This document shows, piece after piece, positions 19,156 through 29,489 of a stretch of 64,000 nucleotides of DNA. Numbering within the stretch: the stretch's first letter is position 1; each line of letters begins with the position of its first letter. A model generated the notes under the pieces. The model ran no database searches, had not been told where the DNA came from, and saw only the letters and a list, made by a program, of their open reading frames with translations. The position numbers and the translations under genes are program-made. Location: contig CBDASK010000003.1 of assembly GCA_965199495.1 (NCBI GenBank), forward strand, positions 800,001 through 864,000, given 5' to 3'. The DNA is from Abditibacterium sp. Lineage in GTDB: Bacteria > Armatimonadota > Abditibacteriia > Abditibacteriales > Abditibacteriaceae.

Positions 19156-20607
19156 CTACTTGCGATTCGCCATCCAATCTTTCACCGCGCGTTCCTGCGT
19201 CGGAAGCGGCTGGAATATCGCGCGTTTGCCCCGCAGATTGCGAAACGCGGCGTCGTAAGAAATGCCTTCGCGCGCAATCCAGAACGCAATCGCCATCGCC
19301 GCCGTGCGCTCCATTCCGGCGCGGCAATGCAAATAAACTTTGGCGTTCGATTGCGCGAGGGCTTTCTCGATCCACGCGACGGCGCGGTCGAAATCCTGCG
19401 GTTGCGGCGCGCCCATGTCTTCAATCGGCAGATGCAAACGCGTAATGCCCATTTTCGCCATTGCCTCGATGGCATCGGCGCCAAAGCGCGGCGGCGCCCA
19501 TTCGGTTTCTTCGCGCAAATCCAAAACGTGCGTGATGCCCGCCGCGCGCAATGCAGCCACGTCGCGCACCGAAAGCGGATTGCGTCCGGCGGCGATGCGA
19601 CGGTCGAGCCATTCCATCTCGAACGCAGGCAAATGCGGCGTAGTATAAATCTCCAGATGACCACGCAATTCCACCAGAGCATCGGCCAAATTCGAGATGA
19701 GTTCGCGCTCGAATAATGGTTCGAGCCAGCGCGCGGGAATCGCGTCCTCGCCCCACAACGCGCCCGCCGCGCCGCCCGCAACCGCCGCCATCGTGTCGGC
19801 TTCGCCCGCCAAATTGACGCATTGAATCATCGCGTCTTCATAACTTTCGCAGTTGAGCACGCACCAAACCGCCGCTTCCAGACATTCGACGCTATATCCG
19901 GCGTAGCCCGACGGCTGCAACGCTTCGTATTCCAAAGTGGGCGCTTTGCTCAGGCGTTGCCAGAAATCGTGCGGAAGCGGCGCCGGGCCAGCCGTATCGA
20001 ACCCGAAATAGGGCAAATGGCGCGCGTGGCGCAGCGCCAACTCCCACGCCTCGCGCGCGGGCATTTCGGCCAGCAGATACGAAATCCAAAAACAATAAAC
20101 GCCACAACAGACTTCGGCCTGCGTGTCCCAATGCGTCATCGCCGACAAGCGCGCGCTCTGGCGCAGCATCTCTTCGCCCAAAGGATAAGCCAGCGCGACC
20201 GGCAAAGTGCGCATCAGCGAGCCGTTGCCCGCCGCCTTGCCGTCCTTGGCCTGCGGCGTGTTACGCGAAGCCATAATCCAATCATCGTCGCGCTTGAAAC
20301 CAGCAATCGCCGCGCGAATCGTGCTGCCGACATCTTTGGCATCGGCTTCCCAGCGCACCCACAAACGCCCGGCTTCGGGACACGGATCGGCGGGACTGCG
20401 CAAAATTCCGCGCGCAATGGCGAGCGCCATCGCGGTATCGTCCGTCCATTCGCCGGGCGCCCACGTCGAGTTGCCGACCATTTGGGTCAGGTGCCCAAAG
20501 CGCGCCGTGGCTGCATCGCGCGACAGAAATTCGAGCGGCGCGCCCAACGCATCGCCCGTCGCCAAACCCAACAGCGCGCCACGCACGCGAGAAGCAAAAG
20601 AAATCAT
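19156..20607 (-). CDS. ADP-ribosylglycohydrolase fused to a C-terminal dual-specificity phosphatase
   Basis: GDALG, WTDDT, GNGSLMR and GEADT; phosphatase P-loop HCRAGMERT. Confidence 0.9.
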   Translation of the reverse strand: MISFASRVRGALLGLATGDALGAPLEFLSRDAATARFGHLTQMVGNSTWAPGEWTDDTAMALAIARGILRSPADPCPEAGRLWVRWEADAKDVGSTIRAAIAGFKRDDDWIMASRNTPQAKDGKAAGNGSLMRTLPVALAYPLGEEMLRQSARLSAMTHWDTQAEVCCGVYCFWISYLLAEMPAREAWELALRHARHLPYFGFDTAGPAPLPHDFWQRLSKAPTLEYEALQPSGYAGYSVECLEAAVWCVLNCESYEDAMIQCVNLAGEADTMAAVAGGAAGALWGEDAIPARWLEPLFERELISNLADALVELRGHLEIYTTPHLPAFEMEWLDRRIAAGRNPLSVRDVAALRAAGITHVLDLREETEWAPPRFGADAIEAMAKMGITRLHLPIEDMGAPQPQDFDRAVAWIEKALAQSNAKVYLHCRAGMERTAAMAIAFWIAREGISYDAAFRNLRGKRAIFQPLPTQERAVKDWMANRK

Positions 20608-20626
20608 TCTCTAAAATTTTAACTCA

Positions 20627-20767
20627 AGCCACAGAATTGACGGAGAACACTCAGAGGAACACAGAAAAGACGAGGAATTTTGGCGGAAGGCAAAGCGGTC
20701 TCCGGCAACTTGTATGGTTCTTCGTTTTCTCTGAACTGATTTGCGCATTCTCTGTGATTTCTGTGGC
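20627..20767. repeat. Degenerate AGCCACAGA-family palindrome
   Basis: AGCCACAGAA...TTCTGTGGC ends with CACAGA-like internal units. Confidence 0.7.
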
Positions 20768-20816
20768 CAATAAACTCAGCGCCGATGCCAAAATCAGCGC
20801 CGACGCCAAGGGATTG

Positions 20817-21302
20817 TTATTTCAATTTCGCGGCGCACAACGCGCGATTGATGGCACGCCACAGGCTGAGGACAAACGTGATAGACGCCGCCACATACAA
20901 CCAATTTTCGGAAGATAACCAAGGTGGCCACGGCTCGATAACACAGGAAACAAGCCCGACGAACAGACCCAATGCGAAAGAAGCGAAAAGCCAGAAGAGT
21001 ATCGTTTCGGCGAAAACCGCGCGAAAGAACGGGGAAACAAAAAGACTTTTGGGTTCGCGCGGAGGCGCGCATAATCCAGCAGTGCAACCGATAACCAAGC
21101 CAGCGACACAAAACGGTATTCCAATCGTGAGTCCCAATTGAGCGGCGTCCAGTGGATATTTCAGATTAGGAGGCAATGCCAGCGCCGTTGTCGCGAGGAA
21201 AAAGAACCCGCCCACGCAAATGCTCGATAACGCGCCCCAAACCAATATTCGGCGCGCGAGAGGAATCCACCAAATCGGTTCGCGTTGAAATTTACTTTTC
21301 AT
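20817..21302 (-). CDS. Four-TM membrane protein (paralog 1)
   Basis: Hydrophobic ORF; shares EPIW, CAP..EP...F.S.FFR and LWRA with its neighbour. Confidence 0.75.
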   Translation of the reverse strand: MKSKFQREPIWWIPLARRILVWGALSSICVGGFFFLATTALALPPNLKYPLDAAQLGLTIGIPFCVAGLVIGCTAGLCAPPREPKSLFVSPFFRAVFAETILFWLFASFALGLFVGLVSCVIEPWPPWLSSENWLYVAASITFVLSLWRAINRALCAAKLK

Positions 21303-21808
21303 GCAGAAGATTGCGCGTTACGTTTCGCCATCCGAAGTGCGCGCCATAAACAAAACGGGAAAATAACAAAGCCGACGATAAACGGTATTGAATCGGAAAA
21401 GGGGTGGAAGTCGTAGTAATCCCAGAGATTGATGCCAATCCACCAAATCGTGGCAAAGGCGATGAGCCACGCCAACAGAGTTTGCGCCATGACGATGCGG
21501 AAAAACGCCGATTGAAACGGGCGCGTTGGTTCTGTCGCGGGCGCGCAAATGACGCTGACCAAACCGATCAGTGCGCCCGCAACTAAAGGCAAAAATGCCA
21601 GCATCGTGGCTATCACGAATGTTGGAATGACATCGTTGCTCAAACTAATTTTATCGCCGGGATCGTGCATGAGCCAGCCAAACAAAGTGGACAAAACGAG
21701 CGTCAAAAGGAACGGCGGCAACGCCAAAACCGAGGCGCCCGCTGTTGCCCACAGAAATATTCGGTTCGTCGGCGAATAATCCCAAATCGGCTCGGTTGAA
21801 TTTGCCAT
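21299..21808 (-). CDS. Four-TM membrane protein (paralog 2)
   Basis: Same shared motifs; stop overlaps the start of paralog 1. Confidence 0.75.
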   Translation of the reverse strand: MANSTEPIWDYSPTNRIFLWATAGASVLALPPFLLTLVLSTLFGWLMHDPGDKISLSNDVIPTFVIATMLAFLPLVAGALIGLVSVICAPATEPTRPFQSAFFRIVMAQTLLAWLIAFATIWWIGINLWDYYDFHPFSDSIPFIVGFVIFPFCLWRALRMAKRNAQSSA

Positions 21809-21917
21809 GAATTCAACTTTAATTCGCTTGCCGCCAACTTTCAAGCAATTTTAAGTTTCCGATTGACATAAATCGCGCTTTCACCGATTTGGCTGTAAAC
21901 GGGTAAACTGCTGATTC

Positions 21918-23471
21918 ATGGCGAAACTCAAGACTCAATATCAGTGTCAGGCGTGCGGTTACCAATCGGCGAAGTGGATGGGGCGTTGTCCCGATTGTGG
22001 CGCGTTTTCGACGTTTTCCGAGGAAACCATTGTCACCCAGACCAAAGCGAAATCGTCTGCGCCATCGCGGCTGGTCGGCGGCGGAAATGGCGCCAAACCG
22101 CAGCCGCTCAGCGAAGTGCAGGACGTGCGCGTGACGCGACTTTCAACCGGAATGCCCGAACTCGACCGCGTTTTGGGCGGCGGCGTCGTGCCGGGCAGTT
22201 TGATTTTGATCGGCGGCGATCCGGGCATCGGCAAATCTACGCTTTTGATCGAGGCCGCCGTGCGATTGGCCAGCACTTACGGGTCGGGTTTGTATGCGTC
22301 GGGCGAAGAATCGGCGGCGCAAATCGGCGCGCGCGCGGCGCGTTTGCATCTGGCGGGTGAGGAACTGTTGCTGGCCAGCGAAACCGATTTGCTCAATATC
22401 GAGAATCATATTCGCGAGGCGAAACCGGCGGTTGTGGTGATTGATTCGATTCAGACGATTCAGCATCCGTTGCTGGATTCGTCGCCGGGCACGATTACCC
22501 AAGTGCGCGAGGGCGCGACGGTTTTGCAGAAGTTGGCCAAAGAATTGGACATCCCGATTTTTCTGGTCGGCCACGTCACCAAAGAAGGTAATTTGGCGGG
22601 GCCGCGCGTGTTGGAGCATATCGTTGACACGGTTTTGCAATTGGAAGGCGACGAGCATAATCAGTTTCGCATTTTGCGCGCGGTCAAAAATCGCTTTGGC
22701 AGCACCAACGAATTAGGCGTGTTCGAGATGACCGAAGAAGGCATGATTTCGGTCGAAAATCCGTCGCAACTGTTTTTGAGTCAGCGCCAGGAAAGCGCGC
22801 CCGGCAGCGCCGTGGCTGCAACGGTCGAAGGGTCGCGGCCTTTGTTGGTTGAAGTGCAGGCGTTGTGCGCGCCCAGTTATTTTGCCGCGCCGCGCCGCGT
22901 GGTGACGGGCGCCGATTACAATCGCGTGTTGGTCGTTTTGGCGGTTATCGAAAAACGATTGGGACTACGGCTGGGCGATATGGACGTTTATATCAACGTG
23001 GCGGGCGGCGTGAAAGTGACCGAACCGGCGCTCGATTTGGCGATGGCGTTGGCGATTGTTTCGAGCGTGCGCGATTCGCCTTTGCCCAATACATTATGCG
23101 CGTGGGGCGAAATCGGGTTGGGCGGCGAAGTGCGCGGCGTCGCGCATTCCGAGCGGCGCGCAACCGAGGCGTCGCGTTTGGGGTTTGGTGATTGCGCCCT
23201 GCCGCGCGCGGGTATCGAACGCTTGGGCAATTTAAAGGGCGATGTCAATTTGCGCGGCGTAGCTAATCTACGCGATGCCGTCGAAATGTGGTTGCCGGAC
23301 GCATTGCGCGATCAAAGTCGGAGCGCCTCGGAACAGCCACGGCGGGAGAGTCGCAAGAGTGGCAAAAGCGGAAGTATGAAGGATTCGCAGGATCGCGTCG
23401 CACAGATTCGCGCGCGTGGCACGCGAGATAACGATGAAGATGGCGAAGATGTTTTCGAGCCGGAGATGTAA
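21918..23471 (+). CDS. radA: DNA repair protein RadA/Sms
   Basis: C4 zinc finger, GDPGIGKST and KNRFG. Confidence 0.97.
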   Translation: MAKLKTQYQCQACGYQSAKWMGRCPDCGAFSTFSEETIVTQTKAKSSAPSRLVGGGNGAKPQPLSEVQDVRVTRLSTGMPELDRVLGGGVVPGSLILIGGDPGIGKSTLLIEAAVRLASTYGSGLYASGEESAAQIGARAARLHLAGEELLLASETDLLNIENHIREAKPAVVVIDSIQTIQHPLLDSSPGTITQVREGATVLQKLAKELDIPIFLVGHVTKEGNLAGPRVLEHIVDTVLQLEGDEHNQFRILRAVKNRFGSTNELGVFEMTEEGMISVENPSQLFLSQRQESAPGSAVAATVEGSRPLLVEVQALCAPSYFAAPRRVVTGADYNRVLVVLAVIEKRLGLRLGDMDVYINVAGGVKVTEPALDLAMALAIVSSVRDSPLPNTLCAWGEIGLGGEVRGVAHSERRATEASRLGFGDCALPRAGIERLGNLKGDVNLRGVANLRDAVEMWLPDALRDQSRSASEQPRRESRKSGKSGSMKDSQDRVAQIRARGTRDNDEDGEDVFEPEM

Positions 23472-23611
23472 AGAGCTGCTCTGATATCAGAGCAACTTAA
23501 AACTAAAAATTCGCCAGTCCAACGCGATAAATCAGGCAAACTGGAAACGTGGCCGGGAAGTCGCTCGTCGTTTCGCCCGAACGGGCGCGACGCGCTGCGA
23601 GCGAGAGATTT

Positions 23612-24844
23612 ATGAATACGCAACGTTTTGTCTGGGGCGCCACCGTCCTGTTATTCGCCATTGTGGGCGCTGTTTCGGGTTATTACGCCGGTGTCGCGTA
23701 TCTGCATTTGCCCATCGAAGGCGTGCAGGACGCGCGCTTGCCTTATGTGCCGCCGGTTGTTTCGATTGGTTTGGCGATTGTTGCGGCGCGCTTGGGGTCT
23801 TATGTGGCCGACCGTTTTCTGCTGCCCGGCGTGCGGCGTTTGGACGAACTCTCGGTGGCCGACCGCATTTTGGGTGTGGCGGGCGCGCTTATCGGCCTGA
23901 TTTTTGGCGTTCTGATCACGGTTTCCATCACCAATATTCCCAATCTCAATGGCGCGTTGCTCATCCTTATCAAGTTTTGTGTGCTGACGGTTTGCGCCGC
24001 GCTTGGCATGGCGATTTTGGGCGGTATGAGAAGCGAAATGTTGCGCGTTTTCCCGCGTTTGAGCCTCGAACCCGAAGTGCCCGTCGGCATGGGCGCGATG
24101 CCCAAATTTCTCGATACCAACATTATTATTGACGGAAGATTAAGCGAAATCTGCAAAACCGGTTTTATCGAAGGGCCACTTTATGTGCCGCAATTCGTCT
24201 TAGAAGAAGTGCAATACGTCGCCGATTCGAGCGACGGGATTCGGCGCGCGCGCGGGCGGCGCGGGCTGGACGTATTGAACGAAATGAAAGAACTTTCGGT
24301 CACGCGCCATGTGGATGGCGAGCCGGTGGCTGTTCCGCTCGTCCACGTTTTGAGCGATATTTCGCCCGCCGTGCAAAAAATTAAAGCGGTTGACTCCAAG
24401 CTCGTCGCTCTGGCCAAAGAGCGGGACGGCGCGATTGTGACTAACGATTTCAACTTGAATAAGGTCGCTGAACTTCAGGGCGTGCGAGTTTTGAATTTGA
24501 ACGAACTGGCGCAAGCGATGAAGCCCGTCGTTTTGCCGGGCGAAGAGATGACAGTCACCATAGTCAAAGAGGGCAAAGAGGCCGGTCAGGGCATCGGCTA
24601 TCTGGAAGATGGCACCATGATCGTCGTGGGCGATGGCGGCGATCACGTCGGCGAAACCTGCGCCATCACGATTTCGAGCGTTTATCAAACTGTCGCGGGC
24701 AAGATGATTTTCGCCGACCTCAAAGACAAGGACCAGACGCCCGTGCGTCCGCAGCAACGCGGCGGCGGCGATGATCTGTTCGACGACAGCGTCAACGAAC
24801 CGAGCGGACAAACTCAGCGGGGGCGCAAACCATCCAGACGGTAA
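23612..24844 (+). CDS. yacL: PIN/TRAM-domain membrane protein (YacL family)
   Basis: LDTNIIIDGR, RGRRGLD, TNDFNLNK and GYLEDGTM; radA-yacL-ispD order. Confidence 0.92.
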   Translation: MNTQRFVWGATVLLFAIVGAVSGYYAGVAYLHLPIEGVQDARLPYVPPVVSIGLAIVAARLGSYVADRFLLPGVRRLDELSVADRILGVAGALIGLIFGVLITVSITNIPNLNGALLILIKFCVLTVCAALGMAILGGMRSEMLRVFPRLSLEPEVPVGMGAMPKFLDTNIIIDGRLSEICKTGFIEGPLYVPQFVLEEVQYVADSSDGIRRARGRRGLDVLNEMKELSVTRHVDGEPVAVPLVHVLSDISPAVQKIKAVDSKLVALAKERDGAIVTNDFNLNKVAELQGVRVLNLNELAQAMKPVVLPGEEMTVTIVKEGKEAGQGIGYLEDGTMIVVGDGGDHVGETCAITISSVYQTVAGKMIFADLKDKDQTPVRPQQRGGGDDLFDDSVNEPSGQTQRGRKPSRR

Positions 24845-24849
24845 GCATT

Positions 24850-25602
24850 GTGGTTCCGGCGGCGGGTTGCGGCGCGCGCGCCGGACTGGGCGCCAACAAA
24901 ATTTTGGCGCCGCTCAATGGTCGCCCGCTTTTGAGTTGGACTTTGCAAGCGTTGTGGGCCGCGCAACCCGTCGAGTGGATCGTCGCGTGTAAGGCCGACG
25001 AGCGCGCCGCCATCAAAAATGCCTTTGGTATAGCCAACAACGCGCGCTTCAACACGCTGTTGCAAAGCGGTTTATTTCCGCGTTCGCGCCCATTGCAATG
25101 GATCGAAACGCCCGACCAAGCGCGCGACGAAAACGCGACGCCCGTCGTCTTGGTCGAAGGCGGCACGACACGGCAAGATTCGGTATTGAACGCGGTGCGC
25201 GCCGCCAATAGCGAGTGGATTTTGGTTCACGACGCCGCGCGTCCGTGCGTGAGTCGCGCGATAATTTCGGCGACGCTTGGGGCAGCCACGGCGACGGGCG
25301 CGGCGATTGCTGCTCTGCCGGTTTCCGATACCGTCAAGCGCGCCGCGCCCGATGGTTGCGTTGCGCAAACTTTAAATCGCGACGAAATTTGGCTGGCGCA
25401 AACGCCGCAGGTTTTCCGCCGCGAACCGTTTTTGGCGGCGCTGCAAAGCGCGCAAAGCGACGGTTGGCAGGGCACCGATTGCGCCTCGATCATGGAGCGC
25501 GCCGGGCATAAAGTCGCCCTCGTCGCGGGCGAAGCGAATAATTTGAAAGTGACTTACGCCGCCGATTTAGCGCGTGCATCGGCGATTTTGGCGGAGCGAT
25601 AA
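24850..25602 (+). CDS. ispD: 2-C-methyl-D-erythritol 4-phosphate cytidylyltransferase
   Basis: PAAG.G.R, RQDSV, HDAARP, AQTPQ and NLKVT motifs; true start probably slightly upstream. Confidence 0.93.
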   Translation: MVPAAGCGARAGLGANKILAPLNGRPLLSWTLQALWAAQPVEWIVACKADERAAIKNAFGIANNARFNTLLQSGLFPRSRPLQWIETPDQARDENATPVVLVEGGTTRQDSVLNAVRAANSEWILVHDAARPCVSRAIISATLGAATATGAAIAALPVSDTVKRAAPDGCVAQTLNRDEIWLAQTPQVFRREPFLAALQSAQSDGWQGTDCASIMERAGHKVALVAGEANNLKVTYAADLARASAILAER

Positions 25603-25613
25603 TTTTTTATTAA

Positions 25614-25741
25614 CCACAAAAACGCAAAAATCACCGAGGACACAAAAAATTCAAAAGGTTTTGAAGAACAGTATTTAAAAAAACAGTTCAACGCACTTTT
25701 TTGAATTTTTTGTGCCCTCGGTGATTTTTGCGTTTTTGTGG
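25614..25741. repeat. CCAC-ended palindromic element
   Basis: ~43-bp arms 25614-25656/25699-25741. Confidence 0.85.
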
Positions 25742-25823
25742 ATAGAAATCTATTCGCGAATGCCCCGATAGAGCGGGTCGGATTCGTCCAAATCAAAGCT
25801 TTCCGCCTGCTGCGAGTCCCTTT

Positions 25824-27404
25824 CTAATTTGATGGGTTTTCAACAGTCGGCGCGCCGTCAACCGAGCGCATGATTTGGAGCGGATTATCGTCGCGTAATG
25901 CGGACGGCAATAAGTCTTGAGGCGCGTTCTGGTAACTGACGTAGCGCGCCCAACGCGTGATGGCGCGCGTGCCGACCGAGGTCGTACGCCCGTCGCTGGT
26001 CGCTGGATATGGCCCGCCGTGAACAATCGCGTCGCCGACTTCGACGCCAGTCGAAAAACCGTTGAACACCACGCGTCCGGCTTTACGCGCGGCGATGGGC
26101 ACGAGGCCACTGGCGCCGATTTCTTCGGGTTGGCCCCAAATAGAAAAGGTCAGTTGACCTTCCAACGCCTGCGCCGCTTCGCGCGCCTGCGCGGCGTCAT
26201 CGTAGCGAATAACGAGCGCGGCGGGGCCGAAAACTTCGGCCATCAATTCGCCATTGGCGATCCATTCGCGCGCGCTCGTTTGGAATAAGGCCGCGTGCGC
26301 GCGTTGCGGATTGTCCAATTTGGGCGCAATAATCGTCTCGACTTGGTCGTCGTCACGCCATTTGGAAACGCCTTTGCCATAGTTTTTGCCGATGCCAAGG
26401 GTCAGCATCGGAAGAGCAGCCACGGCGCCCAGCTTCTCGCTTAATTGAGCGATAAAAGCGTCGCCCACCGCGCCAATTGGAATAAAAATCAAACCCGGTT
26501 TGGTGCAAAACTGGCCGACGCCGTTGGAAATCGAAGCCGCCAATCCATCGGCCAACGAATCGTCTTCCAGCGCGGAAGAGAGCAAAAACAAGGGATTGAC
26601 GCTGCTCATTTCGGCGTAAACCGGAATCGGTTTGGGGCGCGCGGCGGCGACATCCATTAAGGCGCGCCCGCCTTTGCGCGAGCCGGTGAAACCGACGGCT
26701 TTAATTTGCGGATTTCCGACTAATTCGACGCCGATTTCGATGCCGTCGTCGTAAAGCATCGAGAAAACGCTGTCGGGCATCGAAGTTTCGCGCGCGGCGC
26801 TTTGGATAATCGCGCCCACAAGCGCGCTGGTGCCCGGATGCGCAGGGTGCGCTTTGACGATGACCGGACAGCCCGCCGCGAGGGCCGACGCGGTATCGCC
26901 GCCCGCGACCGAATAGGCGAGCGGAAAATTGCTGGCGCCAAAAACCGCGACCGGCCCCATCGGAAGGAGCATCGAGCGCAGATCGGGCTTGGGCTGCGGT
27001 TTGCGATTTTCGTCGGCGCTGTCCAGACGCGCCTCGACCCAATTGCCGTCTTCGATGAGCCGGGCGAACATCCGCAATTGTCCCGTTGTGCGCGCCATTT
27101 CGCCGCTCAAGCGCGCGGGCGCAAGTCCAGTTTCGGCTTCGGCGCGCGCGCTGATGGCGGCTTGGGCGGCGTCCATTTTGTCGGCGATGGAACGCAGAAA
27201 ACGCGCGCGATGAATCGCGTCGAGCGTGCCGTAAATCGCGAACGCGTCGGTCGCCAAATGCGCCGCCGTTTCGACATCGGCGCTCGAAGCGACATGAAAT
27301 TCCGGCTCCAACGCCGCGCCGGTGGCTGCATTGACCGCGCGAAAAGTGCGGCCCCTGTTGGCGGCGGTTTGCGCGCCGATAATCGAAGTCGTGATGAAAT
27401 CCAT
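25824..27404 (-). CDS. NADP-dependent aldehyde dehydrogenase (alpha-ketoglutaric semialdehyde dehydrogenase-like)
   Basis: FGASNFPLA, GFTGS, YAEMSSVNP, GQFCTKPG and HGGPYPAT motifs. Confidence 0.88.
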   Translation of the reverse strand: MDFITTSIIGAQTAANRGRTFRAVNAATGAALEPEFHVASSADVETAAHLATDAFAIYGTLDAIHRARFLRSIADKMDAAQAAISARAEAETGLAPARLSGEMARTTGQLRMFARLIEDGNWVEARLDSADENRKPQPKPDLRSMLLPMGPVAVFGASNFPLAYSVAGGDTASALAAGCPVIVKAHPAHPGTSALVGAIIQSAARETSMPDSVFSMLYDDGIEIGVELVGNPQIKAVGFTGSRKGGRALMDVAAARPKPIPVYAEMSSVNPLFLLSSALEDDSLADGLAASISNGVGQFCTKPGLIFIPIGAVGDAFIAQLSEKLGAVAALPMLTLGIGKNYGKGVSKWRDDDQVETIIAPKLDNPQRAHAALFQTSAREWIANGELMAEVFGPAALVIRYDDAAQAREAAQALEGQLTFSIWGQPEEIGASGLVPIAARKAGRVVFNGFSTGVEVGDAIVHGGPYPATSDGRTTSVGTRAITRWARYVSYQNAPQDLLPSALRDDNPLQIMRSVDGAPTVENPSN

Positions 27405-27458
27405 GATTTACGTGAAGCGCGAAATGCGCGCCAACGCGATTTGGAGGATGCGCCAATT

Positions 27459-29360
27459 TCAACTCTCCCGAATCCACACTTGCATCCGCCCGACCTCACG
27501 ATTGGCCCACGCGTAATACGGAATCGCGGTGAACTCGATTTCGCGCGCCGAATTGTTGGTTGGCGGCACGGTGCGATAAAGCTGTGCATCGTCGGTAGGA
27601 GCATTCACCCGCGCGTGGCTCTTGACCACAGCCACGCCGCCCAGCAGGTTCGGCTCGAAGTGCGCGTTTAGCGCCGCATCGGCGGGCAAAACCAAATCGC
27701 GCAAATCTATCGCGGACACGTCAACCGCCTCGACGCAATAGAGCAACGGGCCGCGCATCAGCGCCACGCGCCCGGCGTTTTCGGCCACGCTTCGATGACA
27801 ATAAACGCGACGAACCGGCATCGGCAACTCCAATTCGATGATGTCGCCGACTTGCCAATCGCGGCGCACTTCGACGAACGAACCCGCGCCCGTGGCTGAG
27901 TTCAACACGGCGCCATTGACGCGGATTTGCGCGTTTTGGCACCAAGCGGGCACGCGCAATTGAAAGCCGAAATTTCCGGCGTTTTCGAGCGCTATTTTCA
28001 CGACGCCGTCCCACGGATAGCGCGTTTGAACGTCAAAAGCGACGCTTTGTCCATCGCCCAATTCGACGCAGGCGCGGCCTTGGGCGTATAAGTTCATCCA
28101 AACGTTGTTGTGGTCGGTCGCCAAAAAGTAGCCGGGCAATTGCGCCAACAAACGCGCGATGTTGGGCGGGCAACAGGCGCAGCCAAACCACGCGCTGCGC
28201 CGGTGCGTGCCATCGTTTTCCAACGGATTTTGGTAGAAATACTCTTTGCCGTCGAGCGACAAACCCGGCAAAACCGCGTTGTATAACGTGTGTTCGAGCA
28301 AATCGGCAGTGCGCGCGTCGGGCCGCAAACTCAACAGACGCAAATTCCACATCGCGCTGGCGATGGCGGCGCAGGTCTCGGTGTAGGCGCGCGCATTGGG
28401 CAATTCGTAATCGGCGCCAAACGCTTCGCCCTCATAGCGCGCGCCCGCGCCGCCGCTCACGTAAATGCGTTTGGTCGTAAAATTATCCCACTGCGCGTCA
28501 ATGGCTCGGCGCAGTTCGGCGTCGCCATTTTCCAAAACAATATCGGTCGCGCCCGCCGCCAGATACAACATGCGCACGGCGTGACCGGTGACTTCTGCGA
28601 GCTGATTATAAGGCACATGGTCTTGCCGATACGCGTCGCCATTCACGTAACTCGAATCGCCGACTTTGTGGCAAACCGACGGCTTACGTCCGCGCATCGC
28701 GACTTGAAATTCGGCTTGCTCCAAATAACGCGCGTCGCCCGTCGCGCGCGTCAATTCGACTAATGCCATTTCGATTTCGGGATGACCGCCCGTGCCCAAT
28801 TTTTGGCCGTCGCCCGCGCCGAAAACCGCGCAGATATTGTCGGCGACGCGGCGGGCGACATCGAGCAACCGCGTCGAATTCGTCGCGCGAACATGGGCAA
28901 TCGCGGCCTGAATAAAATGGCCCGCGCAATACATTTCGTGGTCGTCGCGCAAGTTCGTCCAACGCTTGGTGGCGTTGTCGAATAGGAAAGCCGTATCGAG
29001 ATAGCCGTCGCTTTGCAGCGCGCCTTCGATTAACGTGGTGGCTTCGTCCACCATTTTTTGCAGTTCGGGCGTCGGGTGCGTGCCCAGCGTGGTGGCGGCG
29101 GCTTCGAGCCATTTGTAAAGGTCGGAGTCCATGAAAACGAAACCGCGAAACTCGCCCGTTTTAGCGCCCGAAGCGCGGCGAAAATTATCCAAGCAGCCGC
29201 TCTCTTCGAGCTTAGCGAACTGAAACGCCAGCGTCTCTTCGCGATTAGTGCGGCGCCGTGGCTCCCAGAACGCGTCGGCCAATTCAAACGCCGCAATCGG
29301 CGCCGGATGCGCGCGCGCCGCAGAACTGTCGGTCAAGTTGATGATGGTATTGGTGGGCAT
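27459..29360 (-). CDS. GH127 beta-L-arabinofuranosidase-family glycoside hydrolase
   Basis: DSDLYKWLEA, HEMYCAGH, GHAVR, YTETCA and CACCPPN motifs. Confidence 0.92.
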   Translation of the reverse strand: MPTNTIINLTDSSAARAHPAPIAAFELADAFWEPRRRTNREETLAFQFAKLEESGCLDNFRRASGAKTGEFRGFVFMDSDLYKWLEAAATTLGTHPTPELQKMVDEATTLIEGALQSDGYLDTAFLFDNATKRWTNLRDDHEMYCAGHFIQAAIAHVRATNSTRLLDVARRVADNICAVFGAGDGQKLGTGGHPEIEMALVELTRATGDARYLEQAEFQVAMRGRKPSVCHKVGDSSYVNGDAYRQDHVPYNQLAEVTGHAVRMLYLAAGATDIVLENGDAELRRAIDAQWDNFTTKRIYVSGGAGARYEGEAFGADYELPNARAYTETCAAIASAMWNLRLLSLRPDARTADLLEHTLYNAVLPGLSLDGKEYFYQNPLENDGTHRRSAWFGCACCPPNIARLLAQLPGYFLATDHNNVWMNLYAQGRACVELGDGQSVAFDVQTRYPWDGVVKIALENAGNFGFQLRVPAWCQNAQIRVNGAVLNSATGAGSFVEVRRDWQVGDIIELELPMPVRRVYCHRSVAENAGRVALMRGPLLYCVEAVDVSAIDLRDLVLPADAALNAHFEPNLLGGVAVVKSHARVNAPTDDAQLYRTVPPTNNSAREIEFTAIPYYAWANREVGRMQVWIRES

Positions 29361-29489
29361 CCCCTTTAATTTACTCGATACAATTCAAATTCACGCGTTT
29401 TGTTTCGCGACTTTGCGCGGGAGACAGTCGGCGAAAAGCAAGAGGCGCCGAAGGAACTCACCAATTACACTTTTCACTCGATCCTTCTC

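Noticed and set aside
20776..20810. Short tandem duplication CAGCGCCGA(T/C)GCCAA
   Set aside because: Only two units; no evidence of function
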